A stretch of 32,000 nucleotides of DNA from Microcystis aeruginosa NIES-843 (GCF_000010625.1 NC_010296.1:3510001-3542000), one strand, 5' to 3'. Shown: positions 19,228 through 28,963, numbered from the stretch's first letter. A program made the numbers and translations. The notes: generated by a model from the sequence alone, not told the origin.

Positions 19228-22200
19228 GTGTCTAAGCATTCAATCAGTTTTGGAGGACAATTGGAAGATAATTGGCGGACTCTGTCAGAAGTCTTAGAAA
19301 CTGCCACTAAACATAATAATCATGGAATTACTTATATTAAAAATGACGCAGCTGAATATTTTCAGAGTTATCAAGACTTATATCAAGATGCTCTAGTTAT
19401 TTTAAATGGACTGGAACAAAAGGGGATAAAATTAGGGCATAAAGTTATCCTACAAATTGCCAAAAATCACGACTTTATTCCCGCACTTTGGGCTTGTTTT
19501 TTAGGGGGAATTATTCCAGTTCCTTTGACCGTTGCTCCTAGCTATGATCTGGAAAATTCTGCCGTCAAAAAACTAGAGAATGTTTGGAAAATTTTAGACA
19601 ATCCTTTGATATTATCCGATAGTGAACTAATTACTGAAATTGAAAAATTAGGAACTTACTCTCATCTAGAAGGGTGGCAAGTTATCTCAGTTAATGAACT
19701 CAGAAAAGCCCCCTCTAAAGTCCATCAATTGCCGATTCTTGATCCACAAGATCCAGCCTTATTACTCTTTACTTCGGGTAGTACAGGTATGCCCAAGGGA
19801 GTAATATTAACTCATCATAATATTCTGTCCATGACTGCTGGTACAGTGGCAATGAACCACTTTACCCAACAAGAAGTTACCCTTAATTGGATGCCCTTAG
19901 ATCATGTAGGAGCTATCGTATTTTTAGGAATTATGGCGGTAGATTTGGCTTGTCATCAAATTCATGTTCCGATGGAATTAGTCCTACGCCAACCCCTCCA
20001 ATGGTTAGAACTCATTCAAAAGCATCAAGTAAGCATTTCTTGGTCCCCTAACTTTGCATTTTCCTTAATTAATCAACAGGCAGAAGAACTTAAGCACGCC
20101 TCTTATAACCTCTCCTCAATGAAATTTTTAGTGAATGCTGGCGAGCAAGTTTCAGTAAAAACGATTCGCCTATTCTTAGAAATTCTTGAAAAACATCAAC
20201 TACGGGAGAGAGCGATTAAACCAGCTTTTGGCATGACTGAATCCTGTTCTGGGATTACTTGGTCAGCCGGTTTAAGTAAAAATGAACTCACCGAAGAAAA
20301 TAGTTTTGTCTCTCTAGGAAAGCCGATTCCTGGAGCAACTATCCGGATAGTCGATCAGGAAAATAATCCTTTACCTGAAAGAGAAATTGGAAAGCTTCAA
20401 ATTCAAGGTAATTCTGTTACTAAAGGATATTACAATAATACTGAACTCAACCAGGAAGTTTTTCAAGAAGGGTGGTTTACTACGGGAGATTTGGGGTATT
20501 TATTTAAGGGCGAACTCTTTATTACTGGGCGAGAAAAACAAGAAATTATAATTAATGGTGTTAATTACTTTGCCCATGAACTTGAAACAACAATCGAAGA
20601 ATTAGAAGGGGTTAAAGTATCTTATACAGCCGCCTTTGCCGTCTTTGATCAAAGTCGAGAAACTGACTTATTAATTATTACTTTTAGCCCAGAATCTGAT
20701 CAATTTGAACACTGGATAAAAGTTGTTAGAAAAATTCGCAGTCATTTGACCCAAAAATTCGGAATTGCTCCAGCTTATGTCATTCCCTTAGAAAGAAATT
20801 TAGTTCCTAAAACCTCTATTGGCAAAGTTCAAAAATCTAAATTAAAAAAGGATTTTGAACAGGGATTATTTAGCAGCCGTATCCAAGAAATAGATCAATA
20901 TTTAGCAAAAGAGCGTCAGAAAAATCAAACCTTACCTCAATCAGAAAATGAACGTCAAATAGCAGCAGTTTGGAGTGAAGTTTTACAGTTAACCTCAGTT
21001 GGTTTAGAGGATAACTTCTTTGAACTAGGGGGACATTCTATACACTTAATCCGAGTTCAAAATGAACTTGAAAAACTTTTTAACCGTCAGCTATCCCTTG
21101 CTGAAATGTTTAAAAATCCTACCGTTGCCACCCTAGCCCGTTGCTTAAGCGAAGAATCAAATACCACTCAAGTTATAGCACAAAAAAGCCGTCAACGTGC
21201 CGAAAATCGGACCCGTCGCCATAATGAAACCCATGACATTGCAATTATTGGTATGGCGGGGCAATTCCCGGGAGCTAAAAATTTAACAACCTTCTGGGAA
21301 AATTTAAAAAATGGAATCGAAACTATCTCTTTCTTTTCGGAAGAAGAATTACAAGAATCGGGAGTGTCTTCGGAACTCTTTAATCAGCCTAATTATGTTA
21401 GAGCTAGACCAATTCTCGAGCAAGTTGAATACTTTGACAGCGAATTTTTTGGCTATACAGATAGAGAGGCAGAATTACTAGACCCTCAGCAACGTTTACT
21501 TCTTGAATGTAGTTGGGAATGTTTAGAAAACGCTGGTTATAATCCTAGTACTTATCAAGGATCAATTGGTATATTTGCTGGCGCAAGTATGAACACCTAT
21601 TTGATCAATAATTGTTATCCTAATCGGGGTCAATTAGATAGTAATGACGAGTTACAACCCTTCACACTAGATTCAACGGGAGGGTTTCAAACAATGGTAG
21701 CTAATGACAAAGACTATTTAACAACGCGAATTTCTTATAAACTAAACTTACACGGCCCAAGCGTTAATGTTCAAACTGCTTGCTCTACTGGATTAGTTGT
21801 AGTTCATCTCGCCTGTCAGAGTCTAATTAGTGGAGAAAGTGACATGGCTCTAGCTGGAGCTGCTTCAATTAATTCTCCTCAAAAAATTGGTTACTTATAT
21901 CAAGAAGGACTGATCATGTCTCCTGATGGTCATTGTCGCGCCTTTGATGCTGAAGCAAAAGGGACTATTTTTGGCAGTGGAGTAGGAGTAATTCTGCTCA
22001 AAAGATTGTCAGATGCTTTAGCCGATCATGACCATATTTATGCAGTTATTAAAGGCTCTGCTATTAATAATGATGGTGGCCAAAAATTAGGATTTACTGC
22101 GCCTGGTGGAGAGGGTCAAATTGCTGCCGCTACGGAAGCCCTAGCCTTTGCCGGTGTTGATGCTAATACAATTAGTTTTGTGGAAGCTCATGGCACAGGA

Positions 22201-25200
22201 ACCCCCCTTGGAGATCCCATTGAAGTTGATGCTTTAGCTAAAGTTTATCAGGGTGCAAATGAGGGAGAATGTGCTTTAGGTTCAGTAAAAACCAATATCG
22301 GACATATGCAGATTGCTTCCGGTATTGCTGGTTTAATTAAAGCGACTTTAGCCCTCAAATATAGAGTTATTCCGCCTACATTACATTTCCAAAATCCTAA
22401 CCCTCAAATTAATTTTTCTCAGACTCCTTTTTATATTAATAATGAAGCTATTTCTTGGACTACTAAGCAAGACAAGGACGAAAAATTACCCCGACGGGCA
22501 GGGGTAAACTCTTTAGGTATTGGTGGGGTTAATGCTCATGTTATTCTAGAAGAAGCTCCTCCCATTATTCCTCAAGACAATCAGAGCAAACGTCCCTATC
22601 ATTTGCTCACCCTTTCCGCTCGAACCGAACCGGCTTTGAAAGAGTTAGTAAGTCGCTACATAGACTTTTTAGAAAGTCAACCTGAAAAGGATATGTCTGA
22701 TGTAGTATTTACGGCAAATACAGGCCGAGTTCATTTCTCAAATCGTTTAGCCTTAACTGGCTATAAAAACAGTGATTTTATTGAACAATTACGTCAGTTC
22801 AAGCAACTAGATTATCAGTCAACTATTCATGGTATAGCTGATGAAAAAAGACCGCCTAAAATTGCCTTTTTATTTACAGGACAAGGGTCTCAATATGCAG
22901 GGATGGCTCATCAACTCTATCAGACTCAACCCACCTTTAGAAAAACTTTAGACGCAGGGGAAAACTACTATCAAAAACTAACGGGTAAATCCCTGCTAAA
23001 CGTCGTATTTGCTGATACAGATGACCCCTTAAACCAAACCGCTTATACCCAACCGGCACTATTTCTGATTGAAGTTGCTCTCGCTCAATTATGGCATTCT
23101 TGGGGAATTCAACCAGCCGCCATTTTAGGGCATAGTTTAGGAGAATATTCTGCTGCTTGTTTTGCTGGCGTTTTTGATCTTGAAAGTGGCTTAAAACTGG
23201 TCACCCATCGAGGCAACTTGATGGGGCAATTACCCCAAAATCAAGGGGAAATGGCCGCTATTTTTCTCGATAAGAACTCAGTTATTGAGCAGTGCCAAAG
23301 CCAAGGCATAAAAATCGCTATTGCTGCCATTAACGCGGAACAACATACCGTTATTTCTGGAGAAAAAAGCGTAATTCAAGAACTCTGTAACCATTTCACT
23401 AATGCCGGGGTGAAAGTTCGTCAACTCAAAGTTTCCCATGCTTTTCACTCCCCTTTAGTAGAGCCAATGGTTGCAGAATTTAAAACGATTCTTCAAGAGA
23501 TTTCTTTCAGTCAACCTCAAATTTCTCTGGTCTCTAACCTAACAGGAGAAATTGCTGATGACAGCATTATGACTCCTCAGTATTGGCTTCAACATTTACT
23601 AAATACGGTACAATTTCATCCAGGGGCTTTATTCCTACAATCTCTCGGATGTGATACCTTTATTGAAATTGGACCTCAACCTATTCTCTCAGGAATTGTT
23701 CAATCATCCCTATCTTCATCTGAACCTCTAACTCTACCCAGTTTACGCTCAGGATTTTCTGATTGGCAAGTTTTATTAGAAAGTCTGGGCAAACTTTATG
23801 TTCGCGGTGCAAAGATAGACTGGTTTAGTTTTGATCAAGACTATCATCCTAGACGATGTGCTTTACCTACTTATCCCTTTCAAAAACGTCAACACTGGAT
23901 TCCTTTAAAAACCCCATCTGCAACTGTTCCACAGGAATCTAATCTAGTCAAAATGTTATCTGAAAAGGACAAAAATACTTTGATGCAAACCCTCTTAGAA
24001 ACAGGTCATTATTCTGAAGATGAAAAACCAACAATATCCGCCATTGTTCAACAGTTGATTAAACTCTATTATCAGGAAAAAGAGGACTTTAATTTTGCCA
24101 AATTACTTTATCAAGTAGCTTGGCTTCCCTGGGATTTAGCCAACGGTAAGCTACAAAATTTGACCCCCCTTAAAACTGATTTAGAGGTTTACTTAGAACC
24201 CCAATTACACTCCTCAGAATTGATGGGAGTTTCTCGCGCTTTTTCCGAAATGGAAAAACTGGCAGCTGACTTTGTTGTTAAAGCTCTGAAAGATTTAGAA
24301 CTCTTTCAAATGAATACCTTTCTTGATCCCGATCAAAGTTTTATTCAAGCTGAACTTAAACAAGAATATAAATCTTTCTGGAATCATCTTCTAGAAATAT
24401 TGGCGAAAGTCGGCATTTTAGAAAAGCAAAATACCCTATGGAAAATTGTTAAAGAACCCGAACACTCTAATCCTGATTTAGCGGTAGAGGATTTAATCAA
24501 TCATTATCCTAATGCTCAAATAGAACTCAATCTATTTCGACAAGTTGCCACAAATTTAGCAGCCATTATTACGGGAAAAATATCTCCTTTATCTATCCTA
24601 TTTTCTCAAGATGGACAAGGAGGAGCCAGCGAGTTTTATAAAAATACATCTTCGGCAAAAATTCTCAATCTGGGTATCTCTAAAACCGTTGAACTTCTCC
24701 TCTCAAGTTATGCTCCCTCAGCCTCCCTCCGCATTCTCGAAATTGGCGCGGGAACTGGAGCTACAACCCAACAGGTTCTTAAAGCTTGTAAGTCTCGTCA
24801 AATTACCTACACATTCACTGATGTTTCCCCCTTCTTTCTAGAGAAAGCTAGAGATAATTTGGCTGAATTTTCTGGACTAGAATACAAAGTACTCGATATT
24901 GAAAAAGCTCCGAAATTACAAGGTTTTTGCTGCCATTCTTATGACTTGATTATCGCGGCTAATGTCTTACACTCTACCGCCAATTTACAAGAGGAAACCT
25001 TGCCTCATATTCAAAGTTTACTACGTCCAGGCGGTCATTTATTACTGTTAGAATTAACTCAGCAATCTCCCTGGATTGATTTAATCTTTGGTGTGACTCA
25101 AGGTTGGTGGCGTTTTAGCGATTATCATTTGCGCCCAAATCATCCTATAATTACAGCATCGACTTGGGAATCTATGCTGCTTAAATCGGGGTTTTCTCAG

Positions 25201-27123
25201 GTAGAATTTGTTTCTCCTGATCAAAAAATAGGTAGTGTTTTATTTCAGCAAAGTATTATTCTGGCTCAAAGTTCAGAAATCTCCCCTAACACCGCTAAAA
25301 ACTGGCTAATTTTTACTGATATTGAACCCCAACAAAATACTTTTGCCTTAGGGATTCAAGAGCAACTACTTAAAAAGTGTGATTCCTGTCGGATAATTTA
25401 TCAAGGGGAGAAAAATACACAAATATCATCTTCTGAGTCTTGTTTGAATGCTAATCAACTACAACAATTAGAGGAATGGTTTGCGTCAAATCCATCTCCA
25501 GATCGGATTATTTATCTTTTGAATAGTACTCCCAAAGAGCAACCAGAATCCATTTTATTGAATCGCTGTAACTATCTTTTAAATCTTCTCAAAGCTATTC
25601 AAACAATCCCTAATCCCCCTCAATTATTCCTTGTCACTCAGGGGGCCCAACCCTTTGAATTAGAACAGCCTTCTTTAGGGTTTCAGTCTCCTCTTTGGGC
25701 AATGGGGCGTGTTATTGCCCTAGAAAATCCGCAATTATGGGGAGGTATGCTGGATCTTGATCCCGACGTTGATATTAATCAAAATATTACCGCATTACTA
25801 TTAGGATTAACTCATGCTCACGATGAGGATCATTTGGTCTTCCGTAAAGGTCAAGGCTATGTTGCTCGTCTGCTTCCTCTCAAGTCTCTAGAGACAACAA
25901 CCGTTAAGATTCAAACTGAGGCTACCTACCTAATTACGGGAGGAATAGGACATCTAGGCTTAGAATTGGCGGAACATTTAGTCAATTTAGGAGCAAAACA
26001 TCTCATTTTAACGACACGCCGCTCATTACCGGCTCGCTTCCTGTGGGATTCAGCAACCGAATTAGCCCAAATATCAGAAAAAATCAGAAAATTAGAGGAA
26101 AAAGGAGCATCAATCGAAGTTATTTCGGCAGACGTTGGCAATTTTGAGGCTATGCAGGCCATATTTACCCAGATTGAAAAAACCGCCTATCCCTTGCGTG
26201 GCATTTTCCATCTTGCCGGAATCTCAGGCCGACAAGCTCAATTAAAAGACTGTACTTTGCAGGATCTAGAAGCAGTTTTTCAGGCAAAAGTTAAGGGTTC
26301 TTGGAATTTACATCAACTATCTTTGGGTACTCAATTAGACTATTTTGTGCTGTTTTCTTCGGCGGGTGCAATTTGGGGGGCAAAGGAACAAGGCTTATAT
26401 GATACTGTTAGTCATTGGCTGGATGCTTTGGCTCATTTCCGTCATCTTCAACAACTTCCTGCAACGACTTTAAATTGGGCATTATTGGCGGGTCATGGTA
26501 TAGTGTCTCAAGACTATGAGGACTGGCTCAAACAGATTGGCATCAGGGAAATTGCTCCAGATATGGCCTTGAGGGTGATGGATGCTATTATGGCTTCTAA
26601 TCAAACACAAGTTTTAATCGCTGATGTGGATTGGGTTCGTTTCAAAAATATCTATCAATTTAAAGGCGAGAAACCACTCCTAAAAAATTTAGGACTCTCA
26701 GAAATTCCCATTAAGTCTGTTCAAGAATCAGACTCTGTACTGCATCTTTTAGAGGATATTCCTTTAGGAGAACGCCGGGAATATTTGTTAGAATATGTTA
26801 GCAAACAAGTCAGAATTATTTTAGGGATTAAATCTATGCCAGATTCAGAACAAGGATTGATAGAAATGGGGATTGATTCCTTATCCTCTATTGAATTGAA
26901 AAATCGTTTAGAGAAAGGATTAGAAGTTCTCTTACCCACTTCTTTAATCTTTGACTTTCCTAATATTAGACGCTTAGTTGATTATCTGTTTGACCGTATT
27001 TTCGGTGAAAAAGTTCAAAAAACAGCCGAGAAGATGATTAACTTCACTGAAGTTCAGCAGGAGATTAGTGAGGATTTAATCTTACAAGAACTTACTGATT
27101 TGGAGGCTTTTTTAGGAGATTAA
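19228..27123 (+). CDS. mcyG: Hybrid NRPS/PKS McyG: A-PCP loading didomain plus KS-AT-CM-KR-ACP (Adda starter module)
   Basis: ORF of 2631 aa from GTG at 19228, with AGAGG at 19213-19217 upstream; TAA at 27121-27123. A: FTSGSTGMPKG (19768-19800), FGMTE, TTGDLG, GREKQEIIINGVNY, A10 Lys 20824-20826. PCP: LGGHS with Ser 21037-21039. KS: QTACSTG with Cys 21781-21783, EAHGTGT, KTNIGH. AT: GHSLGE with Ser 23134-23136, HAFH. C-MT: ILEIGAGTG (24733-24759), AANVLHST, LLRPGG. KR: GGIGHLG (25939-25959) with Tyr 26398-26400. ACP: MGIDS with Ser 26878-26880. No DH motif is visible. Confidence 0.96.
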   Translation: MSKHSISFGGQLEDNWRTLSEVLETATKHNNHGITYIKNDAAEYFQSYQDLYQDALVILNGLEQKGIKLGHKVILQIAKNHDFIPALWACFLGGIIPVPLTVAPSYDLENSAVKKLENVWKILDNPLILSDSELITEIEKLGTYSHLEGWQVISVNELRKAPSKVHQLPILDPQDPALLLFTSGSTGMPKGVILTHHNILSMTAGTVAMNHFTQQEVTLNWMPLDHVGAIVFLGIMAVDLACHQIHVPMELVLRQPLQWLELIQKHQVSISWSPNFAFSLINQQAEELKHASYNLSSMKFLVNAGEQVSVKTIRLFLEILEKHQLRERAIKPAFGMTESCSGITWSAGLSKNELTEENSFVSLGKPIPGATIRIVDQENNPLPEREIGKLQIQGNSVTKGYYNNTELNQEVFQEGWFTTGDLGYLFKGELFITGREKQEIIINGVNYFAHELETTIEELEGVKVSYTAAFAVFDQSRETDLLIITFSPESDQFEHWIKVVRKIRSHLTQKFGIAPAYVIPLERNLVPKTSIGKVQKSKLKKDFEQGLFSSRIQEIDQYLAKERQKNQTLPQSENERQIAAVWSEVLQLTSVGLEDNFFELGGHSIHLIRVQNELEKLFNRQLSLAEMFKNPTVATLARCLSEESNTTQVIAQKSRQRAENRTRRHNETHDIAIIGMAGQFPGAKNLTTFWENLKNGIETISFFSEEELQESGVSSELFNQPNYVRARPILEQVEYFDSEFFGYTDREAELLDPQQRLLLECSWECLENAGYNPSTYQGSIGIFAGASMNTYLINNCYPNRGQLDSNDELQPFTLDSTGGFQTMVANDKDYLTTRISYKLNLHGPSVNVQTACSTGLVVVHLACQSLISGESDMALAGAASINSPQKIGYLYQEGLIMSPDGHCRAFDAEAKGTIFGSGVGVILLKRLSDALADHDHIYAVIKGSAINNDGGQKLGFTAPGGEGQIAAATEALAFAGVDANTISFVEAHGTGTPLGDPIEVDALAKVYQGANEGECALGSVKTNIGHMQIASGIAGLIKATLALKYRVIPPTLHFQNPNPQINFSQTPFYINNEAISWTTKQDKDEKLPRRAGVNSLGIGGVNAHVILEEAPPIIPQDNQSKRPYHLLTLSARTEPALKELVSRYIDFLESQPEKDMSDVVFTANTGRVHFSNRLALTGYKNSDFIEQLRQFKQLDYQSTIHGIADEKRPPKIAFLFTGQGSQYAGMAHQLYQTQPTFRKTLDAGENYYQKLTGKSLLNVVFADTDDPLNQTAYTQPALFLIEVALAQLWHSWGIQPAAILGHSLGEYSAACFAGVFDLESGLKLVTHRGNLMGQLPQNQGEMAAIFLDKNSVIEQCQSQGIKIAIAAINAEQHTVISGEKSVIQELCNHFTNAGVKVRQLKVSHAFHSPLVEPMVAEFKTILQEISFSQPQISLVSNLTGEIADDSIMTPQYWLQHLLNTVQFHPGALFLQSLGCDTFIEIGPQPILSGIVQSSLSSSEPLTLPSLRSGFSDWQVLLESLGKLYVRGAKIDWFSFDQDYHPRRCALPTYPFQKRQHWIPLKTPSATVPQESNLVKMLSEKDKNTLMQTLLETGHYSEDEKPTISAIVQQLIKLYYQEKEDFNFAKLLYQVAWLPWDLANGKLQNLTPLKTDLEVYLEPQLHSSELMGVSRAFSEMEKLAADFVVKALKDLELFQMNTFLDPDQSFIQAELKQEYKSFWNHLLEILAKVGILEKQNTLWKIVKEPEHSNPDLAVEDLINHYPNAQIELNLFRQVATNLAAIITGKISPLSILFSQDGQGGASEFYKNTSSAKILNLGISKTVELLLSSYAPSASLRILEIGAGTGATTQQVLKACKSRQITYTFTDVSPFFLEKARDNLAEFSGLEYKVLDIEKAPKLQGFCCHSYDLIIAANVLHSTANLQEETLPHIQSLLRPGGHLLLLELTQQSPWIDLIFGVTQGWWRFSDYHLRPNHPIITASTWESMLLKSGFSQVEFVSPDQKIGSVLFQQSIILAQSSEISPNTAKNWLIFTDIEPQQNTFALGIQEQLLKKCDSCRIIYQGEKNTQISSSESCLNANQLQQLEEWFASNPSPDRIIYLLNSTPKEQPESILLNRCNYLLNLLKAIQTIPNPPQLFLVTQGAQPFELEQPSLGFQSPLWAMGRVIALENPQLWGGMLDLDPDVDINQNITALLLGLTHAHDEDHLVFRKGQGYVARLLPLKSLETTTVKIQTEATYLITGGIGHLGLELAEHLVNLGAKHLILTTRRSLPARFLWDSATELAQISEKIRKLEEKGASIEVISADVGNFEAMQAIFTQIEKTAYPLRGIFHLAGISGRQAQLKDCTLQDLEAVFQAKVKGSWNLHQLSLGTQLDYFVLFSSAGAIWGAKEQGLYDTVSHWLDALAHFRHLQQLPATTLNWALLAGHGIVSQDYEDWLKQIGIREIAPDMALRVMDAIMASNQTQVLIADVDWVRFKNIYQFKGEKPLLKNLGLSEIPIKSVQESDSVLHLLEDIPLGERREYLLEYVSKQVRIILGIKSMPDSEQGLIEMGIDSLSSIELKNRLEKGLEVLLPTSLIFDFPNIRRLVDYLFDRIFGEKVQKTAEKMINFTEVQQEISEDLILQELTDLEAFLGD

Positions 27124-27133
27124 ATAATCCTAA

Positions 27134-27175
27134 GCCTTGAAGTTAGAAAGCTTGAAGTTAAAAAAAATTCAAGGC
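27134..27175 (+). promoter_or_regulatory. Imperfect 15-bp tandem duplication plus alternative stem-loops in the mcyG-mcyH spacer; function unknown
   Basis: GCCTTGAAGTTAGAA (27134-27148) and AGCTTGAAGTTAAAA (27149-27163) match at 12 of 15 positions. TTCAAGGC (27168-27175) is the exact complement of GCCTTGAA (27134-27141), giving an 8-bp stem. It can also pair over 6 bp with CTTGAA (27151-27156) around an A-rich 11-nt loop. Confidence 0.4.
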
Positions 27176-27205
27176 ATTTCCTAAAAGTTACCCTATATTC
27201 AAACT

Positions 27206-28963
27206 ATGCAAACTCCATTTTTTCAACAAGAAACCGTAAAAAGTTCTCATCAATTTTTTGATAATTTGAAATTGATTGCCGCTCCTTACTGGTATCCAAC
27301 CGATCCTAAAGGAAGGACATTTTCAGAGGTAATAAGTTCATGGGGAATGCTGTTTCTCCTTGTTTTAGTAATTGTTGGACTGGTTGCCTCTAATGCAGTT
27401 AATAGCTTCGTTAATCGCTATTTAGTTGATGTTATTATTCAAGATAAAAATGCCTCTAAGTTTCTGACAATTTTATTATTTTATGGCTTAGGATTACTTT
27501 TAATTACCCTGTTTACTGCATTTTCTAAATTTGTTAAAAAAAGAATTATTCTGGATTGGTATGAATGGCTAAATCAGCAGGTTATTACCCAATATTTGAG
27601 CGATCGCGCCTATTATAAAATTAATTTTAGATCCGATGTGGATAATCCGGATCAAAGGATAGCCCAAGAAATAGAACCCATTGCTAGAAATGCTGTTAAT
27701 TTTGGAGCTATTTTATTAGAAAAAGTCTTAGAAATGACGACTTTTTTAGTAATTCTTTTCTCAATTTCCCGACTAGCCGCCTTGATTTTAGTGGCTTATA
27801 CAATTATCGGCAACCTAATTGCTGTTTCTTTAAGTCGAGAATTAGATAAGATTAGTCAAGAAGAATTGGAATCCAAAGCTAATTACACCTACACTTTAAC
27901 TCATGTTCGTAATCATGCTGAATCTATTGCCTTTTTTCAAGGCGAAAATCAAGAGTTGAAAATCATTCAACGTCGATTTAATAATCTCGTCAGAAATTCT
28001 CTCAGTAAGATTGATTGGGAGAAAAATCAAGACATTTTTAGTCGAAGTTATCGCTCAGTTATTCAAATATTTCCCTTTGTCGTCTTCGCTCCAGCCTATA
28101 TTCGGGGGGAAATTGATTTCGGACAAGTTAATCAGGCTATTATTGCTTGCAGTATGTTTGCTAATGGTTTTTCTGAGTTAATCCTTGAATTTGGTTCTTT
28201 GGGCAGATTTTCCAGTTATGTTGAGCGTCTATCTGAATTTTCCTCGGCCTTAGAAGAAATGGACCGACAACCCAAGGATGCTAGTACCATTAAAACCCTT
28301 GAACAAAATGAGATCGAGTTTGAGGATGTTACTTTACAAACACCGGATTATGAAAAGGTAATTGTTCAACATTTATCCCTATCTATCGAACCAGGCGAAG
28401 GTTTATTAATTGTCGGACCGAGTGGACGAGGTAAAAGTTCTCTATTAAGAGCTATTGCTGGCTTATGGAATGCAGGAACTGGTTGTTTAAAACGACCTCC
28501 CTTAGAAGAATTTCTCTTTTTACCTCAACGTCCTTATATTATTTTAGGAACTCTAAGAGAACAGTTACTTTATCCTAAAACAACCCGTGAAATGACCGAT
28601 GGAGAACTTGAATCCGTTTTACAACAAGTTAATCTTCAAAATATAGCCACAAAAGTTCATGGCTTTGATGCGGAAGTTCCTTGGGAAAATATATTATCTT
28701 TAGGAGAACAACAACGCCTTGCTTTTGCACGATTGTTAGTAACCCATCCCCGCTATGTAATCTTAGATGAAGCCACAAGTGCTTTAGATTTGAACAACGA
28801 ACAAACCTTATATCACCAGTTACAAAAAGCACAGACAACTTTTATTAGCGTAGGTCATCGAGAAAGTTTATTTAAGTATCATCAATGGGTCTTAGAACTT
28901 TTAGAGGATTCTAGTTGGCGACTTGTTTCCATAGATGATTATCGAGCCTCAAAATCTCTGTAA
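27206..28963 (+). CDS. mcyH: ABC transporter McyH, fused permease plus ATPase (YddA/ABC_membrane_2-like)
   Basis: 585-aa ORF from ATG at 27206. Hydrophobic N-terminal half with DNPDQRIAQE, as seen in YddA-type half transporters. Walker A GPSGRGKSS (28415-28441), signature LSLGEQQR, Walker B VILDEATSALD, H-loop SVGHR. TAA at 28961-28963. An alternative start at Met48 (27347) would give 538 aa. Confidence 0.9.
   Translation: MQTPFFQQETVKSSHQFFDNLKLIAAPYWYPTDPKGRTFSEVISSWGMLFLLVLVIVGLVASNAVNSFVNRYLVDVIIQDKNASKFLTILLFYGLGLLLITLFTAFSKFVKKRIILDWYEWLNQQVITQYLSDRAYYKINFRSDVDNPDQRIAQEIEPIARNAVNFGAILLEKVLEMTTFLVILFSISRLAALILVAYTIIGNLIAVSLSRELDKISQEELESKANYTYTLTHVRNHAESIAFFQGENQELKIIQRRFNNLVRNSLSKIDWEKNQDIFSRSYRSVIQIFPFVVFAPAYIRGEIDFGQVNQAIIACSMFANGFSELILEFGSLGRFSSYVERLSEFSSALEEMDRQPKDASTIKTLEQNEIEFEDVTLQTPDYEKVIVQHLSLSIEPGEGLLIVGPSGRGKSSLLRAIAGLWNAGTGCLKRPPLEEFLFLPQRPYIILGTLREQLLYPKTTREMTDGELESVLQQVNLQNIATKVHGFDAEVPWENILSLGEQQRLAFARLLVTHPRYVILDEATSALDLNNEQTLYHQLQKAQTTFISVGHRESLFKYHQWVLELLEDSSWRLVSIDDYRASKSL
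27600..27607. repeat. HIP1 octamer GCGATCGC inside mcyH
   Basis: Exact match read in the sequence (…ttgaGCGATCGCgcc…). Confidence 0.6.

Noticed and set aside
23880-25900. A dehydratase or enoylreductase domain in McyG between the AT and the KR
   Set aside because: I found no HxxxGxxxxP or DxxxQ DH motifs and no ER NADPH motif there. The stretch is accounted for by a linker, the CM domain and the KR structural subdomain. This is consistent with retention of the C9 hydroxyl.
24611-26939. ORFs 24611-24841 (+, out of frame), 25926-26162 (-) and 26721-26939 (-) inside mcyG
   Set aside because: They overlap the CM, KR and ACP coding frames of mcyG. They have no independent signals and appear to be frame artefacts.
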